Source: an uncultured virus (IMG/VR IMGVR_UViG_3300031612_000006) (lineage: Duplodnaviria; Heunggongvirae; Uroviricota; Caudoviricetes; Crassvirales). Taken from it: DNA of 64,000 nt. This document shows positions 17,316-28,600 of the stretch, piece by piece. Both the position numbers and the translations under genes were made by a program. Where the stretch lies: IMG/VR virus record IMGVR_UViG_3300031612_000006; one strand, written 5' to 3'. The first letter of the stretch is position 1; each line of letters begins with the position of its first letter. Under the pieces are notes generated by a model that made no database searches, had not been told where the DNA came from, and saw nothing but the letters and a program-made list of their open reading frames with translations.

Positions 17316-18638
17316 TTAAGTTGTTAAATTAAACACGCACTCTATAGTGACATTCACTCCCTCTGATATATTAGTTGGTGCTATTCTGATAGCCATAGCC
17401 TCACCCTTACTGAAGTTATTTGAAACTGAAGCCATACTAAATTCAACTGAAGTATTAGCATCACAGTCATGCGTGATAGCTCCCATTGCCGTACTAACAG
17501 AACTACCATTAGCTCCTTTATATAACTTTATCTCCGTACTACCAGAGTCTGCCTCAGTCCTAACCCATACTTTACTTACAGAACCATCATAAGGCCATAC
17601 AAATGAAGTATACTCAGGAGCAGATGTAGATGTGTTCTGTTCATTTAAACTACCGTTCAACGGTAAGTACCTTGAGTATGAGTAATTTAAGTAAGTACCA
17701 GAGTGTATGAAGTGAGTGGTAGTTGTTACGGTTGTAGCGGTTATTGTTGCGCTTCCTTGAGCAGATAAATCATCAGCACTTTCATCCCAAAATAGATGTG
17801 CTCCAGAAGTTGCTCCGTATATCTTTACGTCACTCCCATTTGTATTATACCCTACATTGAGTAGATTTAAGAACGAGGAAATATAAGCACCTCCAGCCCA
17901 ATTTATAACAGCACCACTTGCTAACCATAAATCTGACCAACCATTAGATGAAGTCCCTAACCCTATACCATTATCTGACGTGGGGTACACAGAATTACCA
18001 GCTATCGTTACTTCATCAGTATTATTTAGCTTAAGCTTAATGTTATTAGGAGTACCAAAATCTATACAGGTCTGTAAGTCTTCACCGATAACTAAATCTG
18101 TAGCAAGTATAGAGTTTATGTTTGTCTGCGCCGAAGCCATCGTAGTAGCATTCCCTAAGGATGTTACATCACCAGTTAGGTCGGCATTAGTTGTCACTGT
18201 ACCCGCGTTTCCTGTTATTGTTTCCTGCACCACATTAGATGTCTTAGCTGAGTTTAAATCAACCTCTGCCTGTATGGTTGTAGCGTCGTATACAGTGTCT
18301 GTGTAGTTGTCTGAATGTACAGTACCTTCACCGCTAATAGTAAGGTCAGGGCTATTAATTCCATCAGTACCATTAGTTCCGTTTGTACCATCCGTACCGT
18401 CAGACCCATCATTACCATTATTACCATCTACACCGTCCGTTCCGTTAGTCCCGTCTGCACCCGAACCACCTAAATCACCTTTACCGCCTTTATCACCTTT
18501 AGTCCCCGAAGAGCCTGTAGATTTAAAATGTATAGATGGGTCTAATGATGAGTCACGACCAATTACAGCCTTAGCTCGAACTCCAATCGAAACAGTAGGG
18601 TTCTTCGTGTCTATGGTTATTTTTATTTCTTTAGCCAT
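17316..18638 (-). CDS. Collagen-repeat tail fibre protein
   Basis: About 18 Gly-X-Y triplets near the N-terminus, then beta-rich fibre segments. Confidence 0.75.
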   Translation of the reverse strand: MAKEIKITIDTKNPTVSIGVRAKAVIGRDSSLDPSIHFKSTGSSGTKGDKGGKGDLGGSGADGTNGTDGVDGNNGNDGSDGTDGTNGTNGTDGINSPDLTISGEGTVHSDNYTDTVYDATTIQAEVDLNSAKTSNVVQETITGNAGTVTTNADLTGDVTSLGNATTMASAQTNINSILATDLVIGEDLQTCIDFGTPNNIKLKLNNTDEVTIAGNSVYPTSDNGIGLGTSSNGWSDLWLASGAVINWAGGAYISSFLNLLNVGYNTNGSDVKIYGATSGAHLFWDESADDLSAQGSATITATTVTTTTHFIHSGTYLNYSYSRYLPLNGSLNEQNTSTSAPEYTSFVWPYDGSVSKVWVRTEADSGSTEIKLYKGANGSSVSTAMGAITHDCDANTSVEFSMASVSNNFSKGEAMAIRIAPTNISEGVNVTIECVFNLTT

Positions 18639-18639
18639 G

Positions 18640-19308
18640 TTAGTCGTTTAGGTTAACCTCTTTAATGATGTAATTTTTCATGTACTTATAATCAGGGTAT
18701 TGATGAGACCCTATATGTAAGTAAGAGTCATTTAAATACATTTTAGACGAAAAGAAACCATATAAATCAGAAATTTGAAATCTATAAATCGTAGAACCAC
18801 CATCTTGACTTGCAGATAAAGTAACGTTATTCTTGTATATAGGTGCAGATAACTGAATCTTGTAGTTCTTATTGACTAAATCAACCAAAGCATTGAAAGG
18901 TTTGAAACCTCCAAGAGTATTAGCAGCACCATCAGTAAAGTAAATACTATACTCAACATCAACAGCTTGAACGATATTATACTTAGCAACGTAAGAATCC
19001 TTATAATCCTCTCTATCGTATGAGTAATACATACCATAACCTATCATTGAAGCCGTTCCCATAAGTACAGAGTGCATGAGCTCATAGTCTCTGTTTATAG
19101 CCCCGCCATTCCAATCTGTTTGTATAGACGAATCAGCAGCCCTAAATGTATCTATCAAAGCATCCCTCATACTCACAACAGCAGTATGTTCAGGTAATGA
19201 AGATATGATTTTAAGTATAGCATCTCTAGTTATTGAAACATACTTACCTTTCGAACCTTCAATAGATTCTAAGGGGTAATTCTTTACGTCTCTCTTTTTT
19301 GTAATCAT
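18640..19308 (-). CDS. Hypothetical protein (tail region)
   Basis: 222-aa ORF in the operon. Confidence 0.6.
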   Translation of the reverse strand: MITKKRDVKNYPLESIEGSKGKYVSITRDAILKIISSLPEHTAVVSMRDALIDTFRAADSSIQTDWNGGAINRDYELMHSVLMGTASMIGYGMYYSYDREDYKDSYVAKYNIVQAVDVEYSIYFTDGAANTLGGFKPFNALVDLVNKNYKIQLSAPIYKNNVTLSASQDGGSTIYRFQISDLYGFFSSKMYLNDSYLHIGSHQYPDYKYMKNYIIKEVNLND

Positions 19309-20396
19309 AAGTCCAGGAAGTTTATAGTGAACGCTGCGTTAGACTTAATCACATAACCAGCTCCAGGAATCAATGTAGAAAGCCTACCTGGATAGGTGCT
19401 ACCTGTAGAAACATCTATTATACTTGAGAATAAATGAAGCTTACCCTCGAATAAATAACCACGCTTTATATCTATAGCGGACTTACTTATAACGGGAAGA
19501 AAGCTAATCCCAGCTGGGATTGAATGAGAGTAAGGAGTAGCTACAGTAACTCCTGATATAGGTAGAACTACCACAGTCTTTTTACTGAAAGTTAACTGGT
19601 AAGCTTCGTAGTTAGATATAGTACTTAACGTAGAGTCATGTGGGTGTTCTTTGTAGTAAAAAGAACCTTGGCTATCGTTTACAGATACAAGGTTCGGCAA
19701 CGTACCGAACAATGAATCAGGGGTGGGTTGTAGAGTGGAATTCAAATAATTCATATCTATGTAAGTAGACATAATAAGACTACCAGCTTTTTTTGTTCTC
19801 AAAAGGATTTCCTGAGTTTCCTCATAAAGAATAACACCTCCAGCTTCTATAAACCCGAAGTGTATTGTACCTAAGGGTGCTATACTATTCTCATCAGAAT
19901 CAGATACAACTATACCACCAATATCAGTAGACTGCATCCTAACCATCTTAGAATAAACACTACTATTAGATAGATTAAAATTAGAGGAAGAACCACTAGA
20001 GCCATGTACAGCATAAACCTTATTGTTACTAGTGGTAAGGCTTGAGCTTATGTACCATTGAGGGTAAAAGACAACACCACTAACAGCTTTATTAGCTTGC
20101 ATATATTCCAACTCCAACTTAGAAGGGATAAACCAATCATTAAAGCCTTCACTATCACTACCTGCAACTGTATGTAATGCATCTCCTTGGTCTATATATT
20201 GAGTAAAATAAGGAGCGTTAGTAGCTCCAGAACCAAAGTTAACTAAATTATTAGATGCACTTATAGCAGATATAGAGCCATCTCTATTTGCGGCTTGATT
20301 GTATACTTCGTTTTCGGATACTATTAAAGCGTAGCCACCTACAGTGTTTACGTAAAATACTATACCTCCTAAGCTTCTATCTCCTACTGCTAACAT
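19305..20396 (-). CDS. DUF1566 (Lcl/C-type-lectin-like) domain tail protein
   Basis: GD..LGGIVFYV, G.G..N and GFNDWFIPSKLEL motifs. Confidence 0.7.
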   Translation of the reverse strand: MLAVGDRSLGGIVFYVNTVGGYALIVSENEVYNQAANRDGSISAISASNNLVNFGSGATNAPYFTQYIDQGDALHTVAGSDSEGFNDWFIPSKLELEYMQANKAVSGVVFYPQWYISSSLTTSNNKVYAVHGSSGSSSNFNLSNSSVYSKMVRMQSTDIGGIVVSDSDENSIAPLGTIHFGFIEAGGVILYEETQEILLRTKKAGSLIMSTYIDMNYLNSTLQPTPDSLFGTLPNLVSVNDSQGSFYYKEHPHDSTLSTISNYEAYQLTFSKKTVVVLPISGVTVATPYSHSIPAGISFLPVISKSAIDIKRGYLFEGKLHLFSSIIDVSTGSTYPGRLSTLIPGAGYVIKSNAAFTINFLDL

Positions 20397-20935
20397 TAGT
20401 TTAGTTTTCTTACTTTATTTCTAGACACTCCAAATATAGAACTAATGTTCCCATACTGAACACCACTCATTAAGGTAATTTGCTTATCAGAGCATTCTGC
20501 ATTAATATTTAAAGAGAAAGGGATTTTAGTAGTTCCATTTTCATCGTATTCTATAACCACCCTACCGCTAAAGCTACCTCTATTTATTAAGGTTTTACTA
20601 ATGTTAGGATTGAATTCAACTTGAAAGGTTATAGATGTACTTGGCTCTAAAGAAACAACCTGACCGACTTTAAAGTTCTTGTTAGATGCTTCATTCATGT
20701 TAACATGCTCAACAATAAAGTCTGTGCTGTATAATTGAGACGCTTCAGAGTAATCTGTAGCAGATTCATTTATAGTCAAAACTAAATCTGAGTCTATAGG
20801 AACACCACCTTCAAACACGTTCTGAATGTATATCTTATTAACAACAACTAACCCTCCAGTGTCGTTGTTAAACGTCAGAGGAAGGGTTAGATATTGTTGA
20901 CCGTAATCAGTATATTCTATACTTGAGATAGCCAT
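20396..20935 (-). CDS. Ig-like domain virion protein
   Basis: LEPSTSITFQVEFNP...G.FSG.V.I pattern of ASH/choice-of-anchor-D-like domains. Confidence 0.55.
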   Translation of the reverse strand: MAISSIEYTDYGQQYLTLPLTFNNDTGGLVVVNKIYIQNVFEGGVPIDSDLVLTINESATDYSEASQLYSTDFIVEHVNMNEASNKNFKVGQVVSLEPSTSITFQVEFNPNISKTLINRGSFSGRVVIEYDENGTTKIPFSLNINAECSDKQITLMSGVQYGNISSIFGVSRNKVRKLN

Positions 20936-20944
20936 GTTGTTATT

Positions 20945-23900
20945 TTATGCGTTAATAGTACCGAAGTTTATAGTTCCGTTAGTATTTAAATCGTTTTCAT
21001 CAGAATCACTTACCGTAATACCAGAAGCCGAATCAATATTAATTTTAATTAACTTTCTAGTCTTCCATAAAGGTCTATCACCGTAAGCTCTCATCACGTT
21101 AGAAGTACCGTTGTGGTATTTCTGCGTAGCAGCTACATCTCTATAATAGGATACTTCAAGAACTTGGTAGTAGTCACCAGCAACATCAGCGTTAGTTTCT
21201 TGATTGAAATTAACAGACATCCTATGTCCAGCTTGTTGATTGTGAGGACTAACAGAGCCTGGGTTTCTTGGAAGCATTCTGTTAGCGAAGTAAGATGCTG
21301 GAGATGAAGTTTCTGAATTAGGGTTCGTTATAGCATGGTCATGTCCGTAAGCCGCAGTGAGTGAATCACCAGTATGATAACCTTCAGCAGACCATGTTGG
21401 TACGTTAGAGCCATAAGGCCTTGAACTATAAACACCAGAAGGTAGGTAGTAAGGCTCAAACATTTCAACAGAACGAATAAGAACATCCTCTTCACCTTCG
21501 TTGAATGGGTAGACTATTAATTCGGTAGAGTAATTAGGGTTAAGGAAAGACTCAGAAGCTATGGCTGAATAGAACATAGGAGAGTTAGCCGCGCTTTCGT
21601 TTGGATAGCAATCTAAATCATAGTCAGAACTTTTAAATCTTTTACTGCTAATTTCTGCTCCAGCTAAAGTGATTCCAGACTCTTTAGGGTCGAAATTAAA
21701 TATATCTACTTTAGTACCTCCTGGGTTAGCCCCTTCCACTGAAGTAGCTGTGAATATATCATTTACAGCGGTAATAGCTGCAGGGTCGTGTGATTGCAAT
21801 CCAGCAAGTACAGCCGTACTGCTGTTGTCGTTTATGATGACAGAATCTCCTGCTTTTACATAAGTAGGAACAGTGTCTTTTATAGACCAAGATAAATCAG
21901 AACCATAAGGATTAGCTATCCTATCTCTTTCTTCTATGGTTGCTGTAGTTAGGTTGTGAACAAAAGAAGTATTCATCTCTCCAGACTTAAATTTAGGCTT
22001 ACCTAATAAGTACTGAACTCCAGAAATAGAATTTTGAGCAAAAACATCTAGTCCTTTATGATTAACTACAGTAAATGAGGTAGCAGTCGCAGGGTCTCCA
22101 ACATTTACTATCGCACCGAAATACAAGTTCTGAGCCACTCCTACATGAGGAAACTCTGGCGACATACTTTCAGCTAAACTAAAATCACGACTTATAAGAA
22201 CACCAGGAAGGTAAGTTGCTTGTGCGTTAGCACCCAAAGCATCGTGTGTGAATACGTTAGTACCCGAAGCCATGCTCATTATAGGAGTTCTTAACGTGTA
22301 TTCTTTATTTCCGTAATCAAATAAACCATCATTCATGTCAGCAGCAGTAGATGGAGTGCTATTACCTATAAACTCTAAGTTAGAAACTGAAGCTGGAGAA
22401 CAGGTAGAACCATTCCAACCAAATTGAAGAAGAGGTCTAGCTTGGTAATAACCTTTATTTAAAGAAAGCTCAACGTAAGGGGCTGCAAAAGAATGGAAGA
22501 ATGGTATTCTATCTGTACCAATATTAAGCTCTCCTATAGCTCCTGGTCTCCAACTAGTAATAGGAGCTTTAAATGAAACTGAAGATTTAACAAAACCTTC
22601 TAAGGAGTTAGTACCTACGTACTCCCCACCAGTCTCTCTTTCAAGACGAGCACTACCGATAGCAAGAGATGGATTTGACTCGATTGTAGATTCTATAGTG
22701 TAATCTAAGAATTGGTCAGCAACAGAAGGAACTGTAGTACCAGTAAGAGCTGTCCCATCTTTATTGATAGCATCTGCGGTGGTAGCTCTAGCTACAATGG
22801 AAGCTGTAGAGTATAAGTTAGGACCCTCGAATCCATTTCTTTCAACTTCATCATCTGTAGAAAGGCAATTTATCCTAACGTTATGGTATCCTATTAAGTT
22901 AGGGCTTGTACTGTAATTAGTTACAGCCGCTGTAGGAACTCCTGACGGAGATAAAACAGAAGAAGAATAAGCATCAAAACTAGTTACTACGTCAGTAGAA
23001 TGTTCATGAAATTTAGCTGCAGAGTAATTATTAGTACTAGGAGCTGTTACGGTTCTATTTATAGCTTGACTATTGTTTTCATACGAAGAACTAGGTGAAT
23101 ATGTAAATAAAGGATAAACAACATAAGGAATATCTACAGAAGTAGATTCTACCGTAGTACCACCAGAAGCAAGATACGATACAGCATGAGATGAAGATGA
23201 TACTTTAGTCGCATTTGAAACACTGAAGTCAACGAAAAGATAGTCATGTTTAGTCATATTCCCTCCTTGAGCTAAAGAAGAGGTTGCTGAGTGAGCAAAA
23301 CCAGTAGAAAACCCTTGAGTTTGTTCTTTAGATACATGAACAGACGAATCAGAGAAAGGAGTAGTAGATTGAGAGAATAAATCACCTTTAGATTCAGTAC
23401 TTAGTACTTGAAACTCACCAGGAACAACAGAATTATCTCTAATAGTTACTGAGCTTTCAGTAAACATACTAACACCAGCATCAAATGCTGCTTGTATAGT
23501 GGATTCTTTTTGATTGTTCACTAATTGGTGAGCGTGTTCAGAAAAATAATCAGAGAAAGCTTCAGTACCACCCACAAGACCCCCGATAACAGGAAGAGTC
23601 CCATCCTCTGCACTTGCAGTATTAAGTGAAGGCATTACATTGTCGTCAACATAAGATGTTGGCCATGATAATCCAGAATACAAATCATCCTGTATAGGCA
23701 TCATTCTAGAATATACAGTCGGAGCAGTACCCTCTGTAGCTATAGAGCTACCACCTACAAGTAATTCAAGCTCAAAAGCGTTAACACCAGTAACGGAAAG
23801 AGTTATAGCGTAATTATTTATAGTACTATCTATAGTGTTTACAGCGTTGTGAGATATGTTAAGCGTTTTAGTTTCAACAGCATCGAATATATCTAAAGTT

Positions 23901-24508
23901 ACATCACATTTAATTAAAAACGCAGCATAATGACCTGCAGGTATTTCGTTGTTCTCGGCTGCAATGTAGTCGTGAGAGTAAACAGGTATATAAGCTATAA
24001 TCCCAGTAGTCTCTGAGGCATCAAGCATTACAGTATTACCATCAACATCAATACCAATCTTAACGAAACATTCAGCTCCAGTGGCTGCGTCCATATAATC
24101 TTGACCCGCTTCTGTAACACCCAACACTTGAGTGTAAAGAGAGCTTGAATTATAAGAAGAATCAATAGTCCCCATGAAAGGAACGCTAGGAGTCCATGTA
24201 TCTAATGCAGTTTTCCTAAGAGGTGTAGCACAAAATAAACCATCTTGAGTTTCTGTTGTTCTAGAGTTTTCACCCTCAACATTACTACCGTCATCATTAT
24301 TAATAGATATGTTTTGAATATCTACATAAGAGCCACTACCTCCATCACTTTCGATTATAACTAGTGTATAAATAAACTCACGACCATCAGGTCCTATTAG
24401 TTTTTTGGTTAAATGATTAGCTTTCTGAAGAACCCCATCATTACCCACTGTTATCCTATCGAATAGGGTTGCTGCTGAATTTGATTCAATTAATGGATAT
24501 TTAGTCAT
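20945..24508 (-). CDS. Large S/T-rich tail/fibre protein with Ig-like segments
   Basis: 1187 aa, beta-rich composition, tail-module context. Confidence 0.65.
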   Translation of the reverse strand: MTKYPLIESNSAATLFDRITVGNDGVLQKANHLTKKLIGPDGREFIYTLVIIESDGGSGSYVDIQNISINNDDGSNVEGENSRTTETQDGLFCATPLRKTALDTWTPSVPFMGTIDSSYNSSSLYTQVLGVTEAGQDYMDAATGAECFVKIGIDVDGNTVMLDASETTGIIAYIPVYSHDYIAAENNEIPAGHYAAFLIKCDVTLDIFDAVETKTLNISHNAVNTIDSTINNYAITLSVTGVNAFELELLVGGSSIATEGTAPTVYSRMMPIQDDLYSGLSWPTSYVDDNVMPSLNTASAEDGTLPVIGGLVGGTEAFSDYFSEHAHQLVNNQKESTIQAAFDAGVSMFTESSVTIRDNSVVPGEFQVLSTESKGDLFSQSTTPFSDSSVHVSKEQTQGFSTGFAHSATSSLAQGGNMTKHDYLFVDFSVSNATKVSSSSHAVSYLASGGTTVESTSVDIPYVVYPLFTYSPSSSYENNSQAINRTVTAPSTNNYSAAKFHEHSTDVVTSFDAYSSSVLSPSGVPTAAVTNYSTSPNLIGYHNVRINCLSTDDEVERNGFEGPNLYSTASIVARATTADAINKDGTALTGTTVPSVADQFLDYTIESTIESNPSLAIGSARLERETGGEYVGTNSLEGFVKSSVSFKAPITSWRPGAIGELNIGTDRIPFFHSFAAPYVELSLNKGYYQARPLLQFGWNGSTCSPASVSNLEFIGNSTPSTAADMNDGLFDYGNKEYTLRTPIMSMASGTNVFTHDALGANAQATYLPGVLISRDFSLAESMSPEFPHVGVAQNLYFGAIVNVGDPATATSFTVVNHKGLDVFAQNSISGVQYLLGKPKFKSGEMNTSFVHNLTTATIEERDRIANPYGSDLSWSIKDTVPTYVKAGDSVIINDNSSTAVLAGLQSHDPAAITAVNDIFTATSVEGANPGGTKVDIFNFDPKESGITLAGAEISSKRFKSSDYDLDCYPNESAANSPMFYSAIASESFLNPNYSTELIVYPFNEGEEDVLIRSVEMFEPYYLPSGVYSSRPYGSNVPTWSAEGYHTGDSLTAAYGHDHAITNPNSETSSPASYFANRMLPRNPGSVSPHNQQAGHRMSVNFNQETNADVAGDYYQVLEVSYYRDVAATQKYHNGTSNVMRAYGDRPLWKTRKLIKINIDSASGITVSDSDENDLNTNGTINFGTINA

Positions 24509-24532
24509 TGTGTTTTTGTTTTTGTTGTTAGT

Positions 24533-25063
24533 TTATCCTATTGTGAAATATGTACTATCTGATTCAAACCAGATTCTTTTAACTCCTTCTATGTTAGGCA
24601 TGCAAAAGCCTATTGATTTAACCCAGCTACCGTTTGATTGTGGTGGGGTTATAGATATATTACTTCCGTTTATATACAACCCATCTCCATTACCCCAAGA
24701 ATTTAAAGACTCGCTAGATGTGTCTTCAAAATCCAAGTAACCTTTATGCATTAATATAAGAACGTTATTTATGTAGCTAACGAACACAAACAAGTTTTTG
24801 CTTGCATGAACTTCAGTTAGTGTGTCTGCCTTCGCTAAACCAGCTCCGTATATATTAGATTCAGTTACAGGTAAATCAACAAAGACAACAAGGTCTTTAG
24901 CTACTATACCAGCCTCAATAGTTGACTCACTAAATCCTGCGAATGAGTATTTAAGTTCCATCAAACTCTCAAGAGCTCCGTTTGGTAGGGAATTTAATCC
25001 TATACCAAAAGAGTTTATAGAGATAGTCTGAGACTGTGTTATTGGGTTTATTACTAGTGTCAT
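24533..25063 (-). CDS. Virion structural protein (tail-hub/cement-like)
   Basis: G.GLYI.G..I..TPP..GSWVK.IGFC pattern seen in phage structural proteins. Confidence 0.55.
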   Translation of the reverse strand: MTLVINPITQSQTISINSFGIGLNSLPNGALESLMELKYSFAGFSESTIEAGIVAKDLVVFVDLPVTESNIYGAGLAKADTLTEVHASKNLFVFVSYINNVLILMHKGYLDFEDTSSESLNSWGNGDGLYINGSNISITPPQSNGSWVKSIGFCMPNIEGVKRIWFESDSTYFTIG

Positions 25064-25632
25064 TGTTTTGTTACATCATCTACAACCGTAAACGTACCAT
25101 ATAACCAGGTAGTATACGAGGTTCCTAATTCAGTGTTGGCACTATCGTATGTAAGCTTTCTTCTTGACTGAAGGTCATAAACATAAACACCAGGGTCTAA
25201 GTTCATGTACTCAGCAGGTATTGAAATTGAAATTGTATCTCCCTCAACACCTAAGCTATTCTTAAACCATATACCAGCATTAGCTTCATTACTGTTTCCT
25301 GCAGCAATAACCCCTGTCTTATAACCAGACCAATGACCAGACTTAATTATGGTTGGTATAAGATTCGATATAGGGCTATCCTTCCAGTAGTATGAATACA
25401 CATTGAGGGATTCAAACTTAGAATTCTCCTTTTTTATAGTCATCTTACCTTGATACATAGTAACTAAACCATTGAAGTAATCGGCTGGAGCGCCCGTTTG
25501 GGTTCCAGATAAATTATAAGGCAAGTTAGAGTTAGCTGAATCAACAACCGCTAGCTTCATTTGGAAGCTATCGTTCTTCCTTGAAGTTATATTAAGCTCT
25601 ACAGCTATGTCTGTATTTAATTCTAAAGCCAT
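25060..25632 (-). CDS. Tail-associated protein (BppU-N-like, paralog 3)
   Basis: LNITSRKNDSFQM ... LDPGVYVYDLQ ... TWLYGTFTVVDDVT. Confidence 0.65.
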   Translation of the reverse strand: MALELNTDIAVELNITSRKNDSFQMKLAVVDSANSNLPYNLSGTQTGAPADYFNGLVTMYQGKMTIKKENSKFESLNVYSYYWKDSPISNLIPTIIKSGHWSGYKTGVIAAGNSNEANAGIWFKNSLGVEGDTISISIPAEYMNLDPGVYVYDLQSRRKLTYDSANTELGTSYTTWLYGTFTVVDDVTKQ

Positions 25633-25648
25633 TCAATTATGTTTTACA

Positions 25649-25656
25649 CAAATATA
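25649..25656 (-). promoter_or_regulatory. Bacteroidota-type -7 promoter box (TATATTTG)
   Basis: TAnnTTTG match in the intergenic gap upstream of the tail genes. Confidence 0.6.
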
Positions 25657-25692
25657 CACTTTATCTGTATGTTAATTTTTGATTTTAAATCT

Positions 25693-28600
25693 CTACCTTA
25701 GAGACCTTTTAGTCCCACTCTTGTTTTGAAGAGCGCCCCTCATAGGACTAGGTAATAGCTGAGCCAAGTTGGATACAAAGTTCTTATCTCCCTTATCTCC
25801 GTACTTACTCTTACGTTTGTACTCACTACCAACTCCTACTTTATATACTGCTTGACCTAGGTTCTTGAACGTATTAACTGCAGGAATGTTAGTCATGTAT
25901 GTAAGCTTAGGGATGTTAACTACTAATAACATATCTCCTAATAACTTCTCCATGAATTTAGCTGCTGGGTCTTCTTCTTCGTCATCAGAAGCCATACCAG
26001 CCATACCTAATAACATAGCAACTATAACTATACCATGAGTACCTCTCCATAAGCGCATAACAGCTTCCTTTTTGTGTTCGCCGTGCTCTTCACCGTAAGC
26101 TTCAAGTTCTTTTTTGAATGCTACTATATTCCACATCTTACCTTCTTCCTTCATTTTAGCAAGGAAGTCAGCTGCTGCAGGGAAAGAACCCATTCTCATT
26201 GTACCTAAATCATCAATATCTTCTTTACCGAATCTATCTCTTATGAATGTAGGGAACCATCTCTTAAATTGCATAGTCATGTTTGATAAAGCATAAAGCT
26301 GAATCATACGAGCGTCAGTCTCAGAATACCCACGACCTTGCACATTAACTACATCTCTTTCTAATTTAGCTAAATCAGATTGAGAGATAGGTTTAGCTCC
26401 GTCTTTAAGTACTAAATCACCTTCAGGACTCACTTCATAAGCATTCCATTGCTCTTCAGTTAGGTTACCTAAGAATGCTGCTTGTTGAATCCAGTTTTCA
26501 GCTAAAACCATAGGAGCAAATATTAAAGAACTTAAAGAACTACCTCCTGTACCTTCAGCAATTTCTTCTGCACGATAAGTTAGTATCCCAAATTCCTCAA
26601 TCATCTTACGAGCCTTAACTCTTATAGTGTCATCGTAAACTTTCTTGTCACTTAAGCCCCAGTATCTACCCTCACCTTTCAGTAATTTAGCTCCACCCAT
26701 TTGTCTGTAAGCATTGTACTTACCGATAGCGACGTTACCTATTGCTGCTGGAACGTTCAAACCTAAGGCTACATACATTGTCCAGTTAACAAAGAAGTTC
26801 GCTACATCAGCCTCTGATTCAAAATCACTAAAGGTTAATCCACGCTCTTTACTTATCAATCCTCTCTTAACAACTTTCTGTAAGTAGTTGATTGCTCTCT
26901 TATTCTTTCCAGCTCCAAGATTAGCGTGAGGGTCAAAATACTTGCCACCACCTAATTGAGCTATAGCAGCATCAACCTCTTGCTTCTTATCTTCGAATCC
27001 TGTAAACATTAACTCCTGAGCTTTAACTTCTGAAGCTTCAACATCTACAACTTTAAATTCTCTATCTTCTTTAGACCAGTGAAGGTGCTTGTAAACAGAA
27101 CCATCAAAGTAAGAGTTACCGTGTTGGAACATGAATAACGACACATAGTTTCTTAGAGCTTTATGTAAGTTTTCTGTAGCTAAGTAAGCTGAAGTAATAG
27201 AACGTTTATGATTAAATCTGTTCTTAGACTCTTCCGACTCTAAAGACATTAAATCATTAACCCTAGAACCTATACTAACATCTCTACCTAAAGCATCTTC
27301 ACCGCTAGCTAAATACTCTTTAGCTTTAGATTTGATTCTTTCAAGACCAACTATTCTTTCCATAGAAGTCTTTTGAATCTTAGCCTTACCATCTGTCCTT
27401 GTAATTACAGATGTACCATCTTCCAATATTTTAATAGTCTTAACGTCAGCACTACTCTCACTCATGTATATAGATTTCCAACTGAAGTAATCTAATGTCT
27501 CAGACTCTCCTGTAATAGGGTTGATGTCTGTAATCATTACATCAGAAATATCCTGGTCTCCCCTAAACATCTGGAAGTACATACCAAACAATCCTCTTTT
27601 CTGTAGAACTTCCCATCTAGAAGATGTAACAGAAGGAACGTAACTAGAACCTCTATCTTGAGCGTACAACTCTTTAGTTTGTATTAATCCTTTATAGAAT
27701 GAAGTGTATGTAACATACATCTCTAAATACTCTTTCTCTGCTTTATGTAAGCTAGTGTAGGCATCACCTTTTCTGTTTAGGTTTCCTGCTTCCGCACCTT
27801 TACCGAAGAATAATCCAGACTTAAGACTTATGTTTGAGCCATCTCTATAGCTAACCTCTCCGTTCTCGTCTACTATTTCTTTAAGTTCAACATCAACATC
27901 TATAAGGTTTTCAAATAACTTACCAGTGATGCTCTCAGAACCTAAGCCCATGTACTTCATCCACAGCTTCTTAGTCATACCCTCAACTCCATCACCAAAC
28001 TTCAACTCAAATAAGTTATTCAACTTAGAGTTCATTTCCTTAGTGATAAGGTTTACGTTTCTAGTGTATTTCATGTGAGTCATTTTCATGCTCTTATTGA
28101 TATACGCTATAGCAGGCTTACCTCTACCAAAGTCACCAGGTGAAAGCCACATAGATAAGTCAGAAATATCCTTACTCATTAAGTCTCCTTTGATAATCTC
28201 ATCCTTAAATGATTTACCTTGAGTAAACTCCCAGTCAGCTATCTGCTTGTTGGCTATGTTATTACCGAAGTGGTATTCTAAATATCTCCTAAGAGGATTC
28301 GCAGCCAACTCATCTAGCTTGAATGATTTAGATTTCTTAATCTTACCCTCAAACAATCCTAATTGAGCTGCTTCAGGTAAGTGGAAATCACCCATAGTTA
28401 ATTTGTCCATGTAGCTATTGTACATTTCTCTAACCTTATTGAATTTTTCGTCAAGTAATTCTTTCTCTCTTTCTTGGTATTCCTTTCCTTTAGATTTAAA
28501 CTCGTACTTAGCTTTCTCTAGGTTAAGTTTTTCCATCTTTTCAAATAGATTCTTAACCTCTGCAACAGAAGCTTTATACACTTCGAACTGATACTGTAAA

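Noticed and set aside
19305..20396. Diversity-generating retroelement targeting the DUF1566 gene
   Set aside because: No reverse transcriptase and no template/variable repeat pair visible in the window
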